Shown: piece by piece, positions 9,204-21,300 of the stretch
Position numbering within the stretch: position 1 is the first letter of the stretch
How the letters are laid out: every line of letters begins with the position of its first letter
Origin: Leptospirales bacterium
GTDB taxonomy: Bacteria > Spirochaetota > Leptospiria > Turneriellales > JAOUFE01
Direction: 5' to 3'
DNA length: 64,000 bases
NCBI GenBank assembly: GCA_040326155.1
Contig: JBEQLE010000016.1
Span: 1-64,000, forward strand
Notes under the pieces: model-generated
Databases searched by the model: none
What the model was told of the DNA's origin: nothing
What the model saw: only the letters and a program-made list of their open reading frames with translations
Translations under genes and position numbers: made by a program

Positions 9204-9263
9204 TTGGGGAGTGCGGACGGGGTTTATTTGTGGTTAGGGGGAATAGTTTAAATACTTATTAAA

Positions 9264-12200
9264 CTATTCCCATTTCAATTTCATATATATAGCACCAAGT
9301 GGATTGGCAACCAAGCCAGAACCGCCCAATACTGTATCCCCATATTCCCATCCTTCATTATTCAGTGAGAGCCTTATCTTTCTACATCGATATTCATGAG
9401 TATATTCCCAAACTTCCATACTGAGTGGTGCAACCAACTCAAATTCTTTTTCCACTATCTTACCCCCTTCTTTAATGTTTAGAGTATGTTTTGGAATTAA
9501 TATCTCAAAGTGTTGCACCTTTTCTTTTGTGTTGATATCAAATTGATGTTGAAGACGATCTGGAGTTAAAAAATTATAGAGACGAATATCATTTACAGTC
9601 TTTAAATTATTACTGCCTTCTTTTTTTAAACGTTCTACCTTTTCTCTAAGACCAGCATTTAATTTTTGATATAGATCCATCCAGCCCCACAAACCAGATT
9701 TAATTTCTAGCTTAAATTGTTTGATACCCTGTTGATCTTCTGGACATGCATAATAAAGTAAATACAGAATACCGTTGATAGTCTTAAAATCAATAGATAA
9801 ATACACATCCCACTCCCCAACTTCGTACCGGTATGGAAAACTAGTACTTTTAAAAAATTCTTCTGGTGTTGATGCATTTTTAACTAGTTCATATGCTCGT
9901 TTAAAATCACTTATATTGATTTTTTCCAATTTGTTATATTCTTCCCCGGGAGTAAGTTCAAGATTTGATCTTACTACATAGGACCACCAGAAATTGAGAT
10001 TACTATGGTTCATTTTTTTAACTTCTTTGGAATTCTCATCCATTAGTGTACTTATCTTGTAATTGTTAATAAATTGACCTATCTGCCCGGCAGCTTCACC
10101 AGCACCAACTAAACCACTAAAAATACGAAACAATCTACCAATTTTTAATGGATTATTATGTCTAGCACCAAATATATCACCAATTTGAACTGGTGTACCA
10201 ATTGGCTTGCGTGAGTCGTATGTTGGGAATATATCAAGTTTATTAAGACCGCCAGGTTTACGAATTAATTGACTACGACGTTCGAGACCAAGAAAATTTA
10301 CTTGGTCTCGAATTAAAAATATTGGATCAATATTATCATTTAAATAGTCGGCATAGCCCGGTCCATGATGCAAATTTACAAGGGCATAATTAAGTCGAAT
10401 ATTTCCTGAATTATTTGCCATTTTTCTTACAAGCTTTTTGGCACCAAGGACAATATCGTCAGGGTGATATGAGAGAGGCTTAGCTTTTAACATATTTAAA
10501 ACTTCATACTGACCAATTAGAGTATTTTGAAAGTGGAGAATCCAATTAACAATGCGATTATTCTTATGAAAAGACAAACCATGAGATCTATGGAACATTT
10601 TTTCAGCGTTTTCATTCCAGAATGCCCCATTCTTCTTAAATATGGGATTTCCTTGGTAATAATCATTAATATGTTCTTTTGCAATTGCTTGCTTCACAGA
10701 TGGAGGTAAATCCGCTCTGTACCCTGTTAGATCAAAAATTACTGGATTATTGTTAACAAATCCAGGCAATTTTTGATTTGGTTTTCTAACGAAAACTTTG
10801 TTGGGTTTTTTGGGCTTTATATTATTTCCCGGACCTGTCACTAATGTCGGACTTGCTATCACTCTAGCAGCTACCGAGTTATCTGTTTGATAACCCGAGT
10901 TAATTGCATCTGTCAGTTGGTGCGCTAGAACCATCATTTGGTCATTCGTTTGTGGATCAACTACATAGTGAATTTGGTGCAATTGTCCATCGCTTTTCTT
11001 ACTAACAAAACCTACTTGCCCACTGTAACATTTACCATCAAGATTATGTTGCTCTACACTTTTTTCCCCATAGTAATAATGCGTATTTACTTGTGGATTA
11101 TACCAGCCGAGCAAAGGTTCAGAATAAATGTCAAACATACTGGTAACTTCAAAAATTGCATCTTGGTATTGATAATTAATATCAAGTTCTTTTAGCATAG
11201 AATCGTCTAAGCTGCTATAAAGTGATGTTTTCGTAACCGGATTCCAAAATCTATGAATTTTTGTATAAATTTCCTCTGCCAAACTAATATCCAACCACGG
11301 GTTATTTAACAAAACCGGTCGCAGACTTACGCACCTAACCTCGTCTAATTCATCACTGAATTTAGTAACAATGCCAACCGGCCTTTTAGTATTGCCTTTT
11401 TGTCCAAAGATAATGGCACCAGTATCACCTTCGCAGGCAAATGGCTGTTCTGATTGGCTACCCACACGTATATCATAACCGCTAATTTGCGTAATAATAC
11501 CTTCTGTTACCCCGGTTCTCGCACCTGATTTCCAGACCTTCATGCCTAATCTAGGCTCTAAGAATATTCGTTCAAATTCAATTCCTTCGACATCAGGCGA
11601 GACCTCTCGACCGCCAGTGGGTGCCGCTACCAAAAAGTTCGATTTCAGGGTGAAGTCATCTTTGGTTTTGATAGTTTGAAAATCGGAACGAAATCTTTCG
11701 CCGACGGGCTCGCTTGCATCACCCTGAAACAATTTTTCCTCATGCTCTTCTTGCCCTGTTTGTTTCAACGATAAACCACCGAGAATATCACGACTGGTTA
11801 GAATAACCGGCTGACAACTTCTGCGATCATAAACGACCATACCCAGCGTTCCATACGGCTGTCTGACACCGTTTTGCTCGGTGTAGATAGGGATTCCACC
11901 TTTGAGTTCATCATACGTCCCTGTTCTGGCCTCCGATGTGGGCACATCGCAAACTCGCGTCTCGCCTGGACCGACTGTATCTTTGATTTCGATCACATCA
12001 ACCGGATATCCCGAAAGGCGTACCTCGCTTTTTATCTTCTGCAATGCCTGCTCTTTTTTCCTGGCTAGTATTTCGGCTCTATTGGTTTGACTAGCGCCAG
12101 ATGCTGTGCCGGGCGCATCATTGCTGGCTGCCCCGTCTGGCTGTTCAGTCTGATCATTTGCATTTTGAGCAGGCATTTCTTCCTTTACTATGATTTCTTT

Positions 12201-12356
12201 TATTGTCACCCGCACACAAAGCGTATTGGTCGGCAAGCCATCGCGCATTTTCAACGCTACGGAAACGTTCTTCACCCCCGGCAGCCGCAGCAACCTCGGC
12301 GTCTCACGCCTGACCACATCCTTAAGTTCTCTTATATTCTCTTCCGTATTTTGCAT
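9264..12356 (-). CDS. Nal1-like trypsin-fold protein with degenerate catalytic motifs and an unknown AT-rich C-terminal region
   Basis: LPGVKNVSVALK..G..T...GYPVDVIE prodomain-like segment; YGTLGMVV, LTSRDI (His position), KSGARTGVTEG, GDTGA (for GDSG); short RFWNP/GWYNP..THYY repeats. Confidence 0.7.
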   Translation of the reverse strand: MQNTEENIRELKDVVRRETPRLLRLPGVKNVSVALKMRDGLPTNTLCVRVTIKEIIVKEEMPAQNANDQTEQPDGAASNDAPGTASGASQTNRAEILARKKEQALQKIKSEVRLSGYPVDVIEIKDTVGPGETRVCDVPTSEARTGTYDELKGGIPIYTEQNGVRQPYGTLGMVVYDRRSCQPVILTSRDILGGLSLKQTGQEEHEEKLFQGDASEPVGERFRSDFQTIKTKDDFTLKSNFLVAAPTGGREVSPDVEGIEFERIFLEPRLGMKVWKSGARTGVTEGIITQISGYDIRVGSQSEQPFACEGDTGAIIFGQKGNTKRPVGIVTKFSDELDEVRCVSLRPVLLNNPWLDISLAEEIYTKIHRFWNPVTKTSLYSSLDDSMLKELDINYQYQDAIFEVTSMFDIYSEPLLGWYNPQVNTHYYYGEKSVEQHNLDGKCYSGQVGFVSKKSDGQLHQIHYVVDPQTNDQMMVLAHQLTDAINSGYQTDNSVAARVIASPTLVTGPGNNIKPKKPNKVFVRKPNQKLPGFVNNNPVIFDLTGYRADLPPSVKQAIAKEHINDYYQGNPIFKKNGAFWNENAEKMFHRSHGLSFHKNNRIVNWILHFQNTLIGQYEVLNMLKAKPLSYHPDDIVLGAKKLVRKMANNSGNIRLNYALVNLHHGPGYADYLNDNIDPIFLIRDQVNFLGLERRSQLIRKPGGLNKLDIFPTYDSRKPIGTPVQIGDIFGARHNNPLKIGRLFRIFSGLVGAGEAAGQIGQFINNYKISTLMDENSKEVKKMNHSNLNFWWSYVVRSNLELTPGEEYNKLEKINISDFKRAYELVKNASTPEEFFKSTSFPYRYEVGEWDVYLSIDFKTINGILYLLYYACPEDQQGIKQFKLEIKSGLWGWMDLYQKLNAGLREKVERLKKEGSNNLKTVNDIRLYNFLTPDRLQHQFDINTKEKVQHFEILIPKHTLNIKEGGKIVEKEFELVAPLSMEVWEYTHEYRCRKIRLSLNNEGWEYGDTVLGGSGLVANPLGAIYMKLKWE

Positions 12357-12365
12357 AATATTCTC

Positions 12366-15300
12366 CTAACCAGGAAACTCCGCTTCCAATCTCATAATCT
12401 TCAACAAGCGCGCATCGTCTCTCGCCCCTTGACCATCGGAATGTTTCTCGACCAACGCGGGGTTCAAGGTCTCGTCGGTGTAGACGTCTATGCCGATGAC
12501 AAAGCCAGCGTTTTCGCGGCGGGCTCCTGCGTTCTCGAGCCACTCTTGCATCTCTCTCCCGAGTCTGCTGACGGCGTCGTCGGCGTTGACATCAACTCCG
12601 TTGGGTACGTGGTCTAAAATAAACCGTGGTTCAAAAAAGAGCGGGGTTTCGCTGGCGAACGATGCCTCTTTCCCATTAACTTCGCTCCAGTCTCCGGCTA
12701 AAGAAAATCCGTAGCGCACGCTCAGGGCAAGGCGTCGTGTGATGCCTGCGTTTTCTTGGCCAAAGCCCAGCCCTAATAGATGATGTAAAATATCTGCTAG
12801 AAGTTCAGTCGGGTGATTGTATTTTTTGGTTGAGCCTGTTGGCGTTAAACTCGATACCGCCACTCGTTTTTCCATTTCGACCGAAGGAAAAAATCGGTCG
12901 GGCAGGGTTACGATTGGGGTGCGGTAGACAAACGCTTCGGCGGTTGTTTTGCCTTCGAGCAGTTTTGCGTTTCGCGTGGTTTTGATGCGAACTCGCACGT
13001 TTTGTTTTTCTAGAATATGCAGGTGTTGAAACCCGATTCGCCGTGGCATCTCTTCGAGTTCGTCGCTTGTTTTATCTCGAAACCAGTCTTTCATTGTGAC
13101 CGTGAACACGGCTTGTTGTTTGCTTATGCCTTCTGCATCCACCACGGTCTTGAATTTCGGTTTCGAGGTGACTCCGGTAACGCCGTTTACGCGCACCAGC
13201 GGAGCCGGGTCGTCGGGGGCGCATGTAAAGACATACCGCAGATCGTCTTTGATAATTTCATTAGCTGCGTTCGTCTCGGTGTAACGCTCTTCGGTAAATT
13301 CATAACGGTGCTTCGAAGTTTGCAGGGTCTCTCCATAAGTCGCAGGCGCGATCACACCGCCGCGCTCGTAGAGTTCTCGCCAATGATCGGCCAGTTCGTC
13401 GACCAGAACAATCATGTCGTCTAAAATCCAATGCAAGTCGGCATTGTTATTGCCACCGGCTTTCTCGTCCGTCGCAAATCTCGCCTCTACCCGGGCTTCT
13501 AACATGTCGGAATATTTTTCAAGCGTCTCGTTGCATTGAGCCAGCGCGTGAAAGAGGTCTTGAAAAAGACGTCCGTTGTAGCCACCGAGCATCGGGGGCA
13601 GCGGCACTAAGGCTTTCAGATTAAAAAAGATCTCCATCGTGTGGTTGTCTTGTTCGGCAAACTCGGCTAAAAAATCGACCTCGTATCGCCAGGCCAACAG
13701 ATCGTCGAATGAGTTAATTTCCGGGTAGCCCTTTTCGTTCATCTCAAAATCGGCCACACCCTGTTGTCGTGACAAACGCGGAGCCTCGGGCATGTCGCGA
13801 AGCGCCACCGGAATCTCCAGCTCGCCAAGTTCGTTCGGGCACGGGGGTATCACAAAAGAGAGAACGATTTCTTCGTGTTTGTTATCACCCGCTTTACGAA
13901 CAGGGTTTTCAAATTCCAGACCGTCGAGTTGAAACGCCACCTTGGTATCGACCGTACGGTGCTCTTCCGGTTTGAGAACATCGACCGCCATTGTCAGGTA
14001 GTCTTCGTTTCGACTAAAGTTCGACGATTGCAAGGTGTAACCCGTATCTGTGGCAACGCTTCGATCTTCGAGAAAACTTCCCTTCGCCTCAAACGGCTCG
14101 CCCGCGGCATTTGTAAACGTTAAAGGAAACATCACCGCCGTGTCGATATCGTAGGCCGAAGCCAGCCGGTTACCGATCCGCTCTTTCATGATGCGCCGCG
14201 TCACTTCGCTTTCGGCCGGTTCCTTTATACCGGCAGGTGGGGGATAATCGATGATCTCGGTCAAACCCGTAGTCAGAGCGCTCGCGAGTTTTGCCCGCGC
14301 CGCCAGCAGTTCGTCGTAGGTATGCCCGTTCTCCGTTACTTCGATTTCAGAAAACGCAAGGGCGCAAGCCGGGCGCAGCATCCGGTCGAAAAGTTCGAGC
14401 GAACGTTTGGCCCACTCGTCAAAATCGATATCAGAGTAATTCTTCAGTTCGTATGCCTCATTGGGGATGTCTGTACCAGGGTTGACCGGATCATCGAACC
14501 CTAAAGCCAGGTTTGCCTTATCTTCGATAAATTTAAAAATCGCGACATCCTTTCGGTTCATCGGCGTCGTTGCTAACGGCCGAAGCGACAAGAACGCCGG
14601 GTTTTTCGAATCTATTTGATAATGAAATCCGCCCTTTCCAAGACGCACGGCCCACAAAGAAGGTTTATCTCCGCCTCCACGCCGCTTCGCCCCCATCCCT
14701 AAATGCAGATTCTCTTTCGCCAGGGCATTTTGAAAAGCGAGGGCATATGGCCGCAGGGTGGCGGTTTTATTCTTCGTCTTGTTAGTTTTATTAGAATCAG
14801 TGCCGACAGACCCATGATCGCCAGAACCCGACGGGGCAATTTCAGAAGCCACATACCAGACCGATTTTTTATCGCGCATTTGCGGATGAATGAATTCTAT
14901 ATCTTCGGCTGCCGGCTGTTCTGAAAAACGTTGTAAAACCAGGCTGGCCTTGAGTTCATAAGCCGCAGGAGTTTTTCGCGCTTGCACGTTTCGTGAAAGA
15001 ATCACCGGCACAGGCGGGGCAAGATAAAAAGAACCGGGCTTGAGTATATTCGCTTCGGCTATTGCCGAGGCAAATTCCGCGCTTGAAATTGTTTTACCTG
15101 CCAGAGCCGAAAAAGCTTTTCGCAACGTATCAAAGCTATCGTCTACGATCGTTCTGATCGTAAACGTTGTATTTTCATTCGATGAATCCGCATTCGTATT
15201 CGTAGTATTACTAGCACTATTGATATTATTTATATTGGATGGAGAAGTTTTGGGAACAACTATTACAGAAAGTTCGATATTGGGTTGAAGAATGTCAGCC

Positions 15301-18300
15301 CTGCGGGCGTTGATCGCCACAAAGTCTTCGGGGCTCACGCTAAGCTCTTTGCCCACCGCGACAATACTTGTCGCTTGAGATGATTTCCAGGCTTCACCCG
15401 CTTCGCCGTTTTCTATGTTGACCAGGGTCGGAGCAACCAGGCGGTTCTCCAATAAAATGGCGCAGGTCTCGCTAAGGTTCACCAGGCGGTTGGCCGCGAT
15501 GATTTCTATTTGGTCGGGGGCAATGGCAAATCCGTTTGTAATCGACCCGCCTATAATTTCGACCTCGATGGTATACAGCATCCGTCGAGCGAGTTCACCC
15601 AGGGACTCGTCTGCCTGCATGGCCTCGTTTCGTTCGCTCGTGATGATGACTTTTTTCGGAGCAAGCAACCCTTCTCGGTCGGCAAATTCCAGCAATAACT
15701 CACCGGGGGTTGTGTTCAGCCCCGCGGCCGCCTCGGCTATCGTAAGACTCGGCGTGATGATCACCGATGGATTTTCTGCGAGTTCTGTAAAATCCGTGGT
15801 ATCCGTTGAACTCGTTACATTCGTCGGAGTAAGGGAACCAGGGGCAGCTAATGTAAGTCTTCCTATGATTGCAGATTTTGCTACCAATTCTGATGTAGAT
15901 TCCGTTGCAGGTTCTAACACAAAATCCAGGTTGAAAATTCCCGGCTCGTTTAGATACCGTTCCAAAAGCGATTCGATCAAAACATCGGTAGATGCCATTT
16001 TCAGAGCCAGCGCAATAGAGTTGAGCGAGTCGGTACCAATTTGCCACTTGATCGGAATTTTTAGAAGTGGTATACCATCCGATATATTCAGAAACTCACC
16101 GAGCGGCAGGGTTTGAATCGCCCGCGACAATTCCTCTTCTGTGATTCTATGGGCTATTAAAAAGGCCTCTATGTTTACAGTGTTTATACCATTTGCACTA
16201 TTTACACCGGAGGCAGGAGATATTTCGAGAGGCTCCAGCGTATCGGCACTGATCATCAAAGCATCTACCCCTCGTAGGAAATTTAACAAATCACTTTTCC
16301 ATTGTTGTTTAGTTGTTAATGAAGGTTCCGCTTCAAGGGAGGTTTGTATGAAAGTCTGCAAACGAGTATCTTGAAGTTGAGCAATCACTTTCGCTAACTC
16401 TTCTTTGGTACTCTCTGTACTATTTTGCGTAATGTTTTGTGTGCCCTTTTGTATATTATTTTGTCCAGCATTGACACTATCTTCTTTTTCACCCAGCATC
16501 GAAGGGTCAAACTTGATCTGCATCGAAAGTTGTGGTTTAGTTGCGCCACTTTGAAACACATGGGTCGCCTGAACTCCGGGCCATCGGTTGACCCCGATAA
16601 TATCATCGTAGTAATAACAGGTCAAAGGAAGCCGTTTGATCTTCTCTTCTTTAGGAGCAACCGGTGTGGCAAGGCCGGCAAAAGAAAAGTCTTGCGAAGA
16701 AGCTTCGTTTCCAAAAAGATCGCGCCACGAGATATTCAGCCAGCGGGTTTTGCCGACGGCGCTATAAGCGGCCAGTTCACTGCGATTCTTAAAAGCCGCT
16801 GCCACAGGAATCACCTGCTCATAAAGCCAGGTTCCTTCTTGCACTTCGCGCGGACCAATCGGCAAACTCGCCGGTGAGGGGTTATCCCCATTTTCATCGG
16901 AAAAATAAAAGGAGACGAGACTATACAGCGATTCCAGGGCGTCGGCGGTATTTTCTTCGGGTTCCGGTCGCTCCAGTCTAAAGTGCAACATGTCGCGTTC
17001 AAAGCGAGCCTTCTTTTGGGTGAGCCCATCAGCCGTCAGGCGAATCGGAGCCGATCCTTTATCTTGTGCTTCGTCTAAATAAATCGAGTCGGCATGCCTC
17101 AGTGGGTCAACCTGCCCCTCGGGAAAAATCATCAAGGTGACTTTGCCCTTTTTGCCCCCGGCAAAAATACGCTCTTCGACGTCATCTACACCTGGTAAAA
17201 CATCGGCAAAGAAAAAAGACCCCGCTTCTTCATCAAGCGATTCCGCTAAAAGCCGCAGAAAATCTATAGCCGAGCGGTTATCGGCTCCGGCAGGAGTATC
17301 GAGTCGATCGTCGGCATCGTTTCGAAAAAGTATAATCTCTTTGGCGTCGCGCTGCCCGACCAAAAGGCCACCCGAACTTGTTGCCGCTCCGGCAACTCCG
17401 GTTGAGGGGGCGAGGCTTACAGTAATGAGCCCTTGTTCGGCATCGGCAAGGGTACGCTCAAGTTGTAGTTGCGCATTGGGGGAGAGCCCGGCAATTCGGT
17501 AAATCGTACGGCCTTCGACAGCGGCCTCTTTGTCGAGTTTATAGACTTCGATATCAAGCCGCACCGCCCACTGAAAATTGAGTCTGGGTTCTTCGATGTT
17601 TTCCGCGGCAGAGGAACGCCGGGCGCGCAGGGCTACCCAGTCATAATCGACCTGACCCTCTTTTTGAGAGCTCTCGAGAAATTGAAAAAAGGACGGCGGT
17701 AAAACACGCAATCTGCCATACGTTTTTATGTCATCACTTTCGGAAAGCCTGCGAAGGGGAATCGCCCGAGCCAGACTAAAATCGAGTTGTTCTTCCCTGG
17801 TCATCTCCATAGCCGTGACCGTTGCTTCGGGAACAAACGAGGTATCATTGAGTATTTTGCCCAGAGCCGCGTCTTCGTTTTCGGTAAACTCCAAATCCAG
17901 TTGGGCAGCGGTTTGCATCTTCTTCAGCAAAGCTTTGTCTACCTCTGTTTTGGTAGTTTTAAATTCGACAAGGGCAGTTGTAATTTCAACGTTCTCGCTC
18001 ATAGATTGCGCAGCGAGTATCAAGGCTTCGGCACTTGTAAGCGTGGTATCATTATTGGCATCAATGGCAACTTGCAAGGCTGCTGCCGCTTTCACTATTT
18101 TATCAATGTTCTCAATTTGTAATTTCGTTTCTTCCGTTTGTTCTGCAGGTGGAATACTCTTCGCGATTTTATCGAGATCTTGGGCGATCTGAGTCATATT
18201 TTGTGCGGATTGCCCCATGTTTGAAAGGGCATCCGTAAGAGCTTGTGCCGCGAGAACTTCGTTTTCAAAAATCAACCACTCGGGTTTATGACCGTTTGCA

Positions 18301-21300
18301 GAGGGGGTCAATGTCAGTTTTACCGAACCCCTGTTTAATTTTTCGGTGATGGAGGTGCCTTTGCCATCGGTTGTCTTTTCTGTGATCGGCAACTCAAATT
18401 GTAAAGCCGCTGCTTCATAAAGATTTTTCCAGTCCAATTTTACAGGTATGCTTGTCTCGTCTTTAACAGGAATGCGCACCCCGTGCAATAAAAACCGCGA
18501 GGTCATCGCCGCGATATCGCTTAACGCATTGGCATCGATTAATTGTTGCCAGGCTTCTTCGGGCGATAGCTCTTTAATATAGGGAACAGTCCAGGTGCTT
18601 TCGAGCCTGACCAGATCAACATCAAGATTGGCTGTAGCTAATTCAATGGCTGTGATACCATGTGCATCTGCAATTGTTTCCAGCGAATCACCATCTTCAA
18701 TATTATAACTTAAATCGCCGCTTTCTTGCGGAATGATAATCTCAAAGTCGATTTTGAGGATGTCGATTTTAGCCATATTGGCTTCGACAAAATCTTCAAA
18801 GTAGGGTTCGCGATCGGCATCGTTCGGGTCGGGGTCATAAACCAGGGGCTCATAAATATCACCCATACTTGTATAGGCATGTTCACCAGTGATTTGTATC
18901 GGGCAGGCTTCCATTAGACTTAGAAGTCGTGAGGCCAGCTCTTTGATTTGCAGCGATATCGCATCTTTCCATAACCACTCCGACATCGGGGCGTCTATGC
19001 CGGCTTCACTTCCATTCGAAGTCGCAGCGCCAGATGGTGTCGAAATCGTACCGGGGGTATACCGAGAAGAACGCTCTTTGATATTCGAAAGCGAACTTTG
19101 GTCGACTAAAGGTTCTACACTTAAATCGAGTTCTCGAAGGGTGCCATCGATATCGAATTGAATAAACAAAGCGGGAGGCAGGGGAACCAGTGCCATCTTA
19201 TATTCACCGCCCTCTTGTGCGAGAGGCTGGCTTCTCAGTGTGACAGAAAAATTTTCAAAAATAAAATCGTTTAACTCTGACCAGCCGATCGAAGCGGCCG
19301 CTCTGTCTTCTTGTAAGGCTCTGTCCATTTTGGACGCCGATGAAAACGATATTTGCCCCGCAGTGTTGGAAGGCCATGCAGTGAGCAACCAGTGAAACAC
19401 GCGCTCGATCCAAAGAGCAAAATCCTCGGGAGGTTTATTATTTTTCTCAGTATCAGGTTCGTCCAGCATCTCGGCAAAACCGATCAATGGGGTCGCGACA
19501 GGTATATGACTGAGTTTATTTTGCCCATCTGCATTCTTGGTTTCCAGGTCAATACTCACCCCAAACCAGGAGTACCAGGTAATAGGAATCTTTGCGTTAA
19601 CCGCAGGCACCCTCGCCCAATCAAAAGTATTATTTTCCAAAACACTAGTAGTCCCATCTGGGCTCATGGTCATGCGCATTTGCCGGTTTTGCGAATGGTT
19701 TTGTAAGCCATGCCCACGACCCATTCCGGCTGCTACGGCTCGGGTTCCCACAATCCAGGGGGTAGCCTTGCGGCTTCCAAACGTGTAAGAGACGCTGACT
19801 TCCTGACTAAAGCGTAAAGTGATTGTAAACCAGCCAATTTTTACACGGGCGCTGACTCTAACACCGGCGCGGGCGTTTATAAAAAAAGGAGCGTAGCTTT
19901 CGACCACGACTTGGGCAATTAAATAAAGTTCGGCGGTAAAATTAACGCAGAGAACTCCGAAATCCACTCGGCCTGTTAAAATTGCATAAATTCCAAAAGT
20001 ACCACTAATGCGATAAAACAAGGCTTCACCGGCATTTTTGTCGTATGGTAAAAAAGTAGCAAAACACCCTTCTAAAATAGCCAGAACACTGACATTAATT
20101 TCGGCATAGAAACAACCTGAGCCAAAACTTTTTCCAATACCAACTTGTAACCCAATGCCAAACTCAATGACCGGGTCGAACTCTCCGTTGACAATGCGCG
20201 GCACGACTGTTGAGGTTGCCCCATTTAAAGAAGCAAAATAGAAACCACCGGCGCCGGTAAAAGGCAAGACAGAAATATAAAATGACCGTTCGAAATTTGC
20301 ACCATAGGGAAACCCCATATCCAGTTTAAAATTTCCGTTTGTAAAAATATCTATTCCAACAACGGGTAGTCGTAGGGTGATCGCTCCGAGCTCTAAAGTT
20401 CGTATGGCTGATGGCAACTCCAGTTCAATACTGTATACACCCAGCCCCGGTGCAATGCGTTTGTACATGATTTCAAGCTCGAAACCGGACATGGATTTAG
20501 CCCCCGGTCCGTCTAAGCGAATGACCAGACCATAAAAAACGGGGTCGTTAAAAATAGCTCCAATGCTCAAGAACCCGGCGGCGCTAAAATCAAAACCGAT
20601 GAGCCATTCGCTTCCCGAATTGTACGTGAGTGGACCGAGTGCTGCGGCTCCCTCTCTGGGGTCAATATCAAAGGCATGGCGCAGATCGTCGATGGCATCC
20701 GCCACATGATCGTATCCGGCGGCATTTCGTAGCGACACATGGCGACCAACTCCAAGGTAACGAAGCTCAAAACCAACGTCGGGAACTTTTGGCGTCGGCA
20801 GGTCTTCCGTGACCGGGTCAAAACTCAATGGGTCGTCTTTTGTATATGCCGTGCCAAATAACCCACCAACCAATTGAAATTCAATTTTTGATTTTTTTGT
20901 ATCATACAACAGACCCACGGATTGAATATCAATTCCGGGTACCTGATTAATATCATCAAACCCGCCGGTAATGCTCAGCGATACAGTGTTCTTTTTGGGG
21001 TTAATTTCAATCGTCGTTGGTGGCAGTGTTAAATCTTTCAATTGATCCCATGGCGGCGGAAATTTCATGGCAAAACCAGGGATCATTAAATTGATAAATC
21101 CTTCGATAGCCGCAAAAATATTGAGTTCATTTGATAACGAAATGGTCAGCTTTTCTATCGAACCAGACGCATCTTTATCTACAGTACATTCAAGCCATGC
21201 TCCCGCATCTGGGTCTCCGGCCTGGGGCAGCCATAGCCCGATGGTTAAATCAATATCAGCATTGTTGATGGGAAAAGCAGCTTTTAAACGAATGGTTTTG

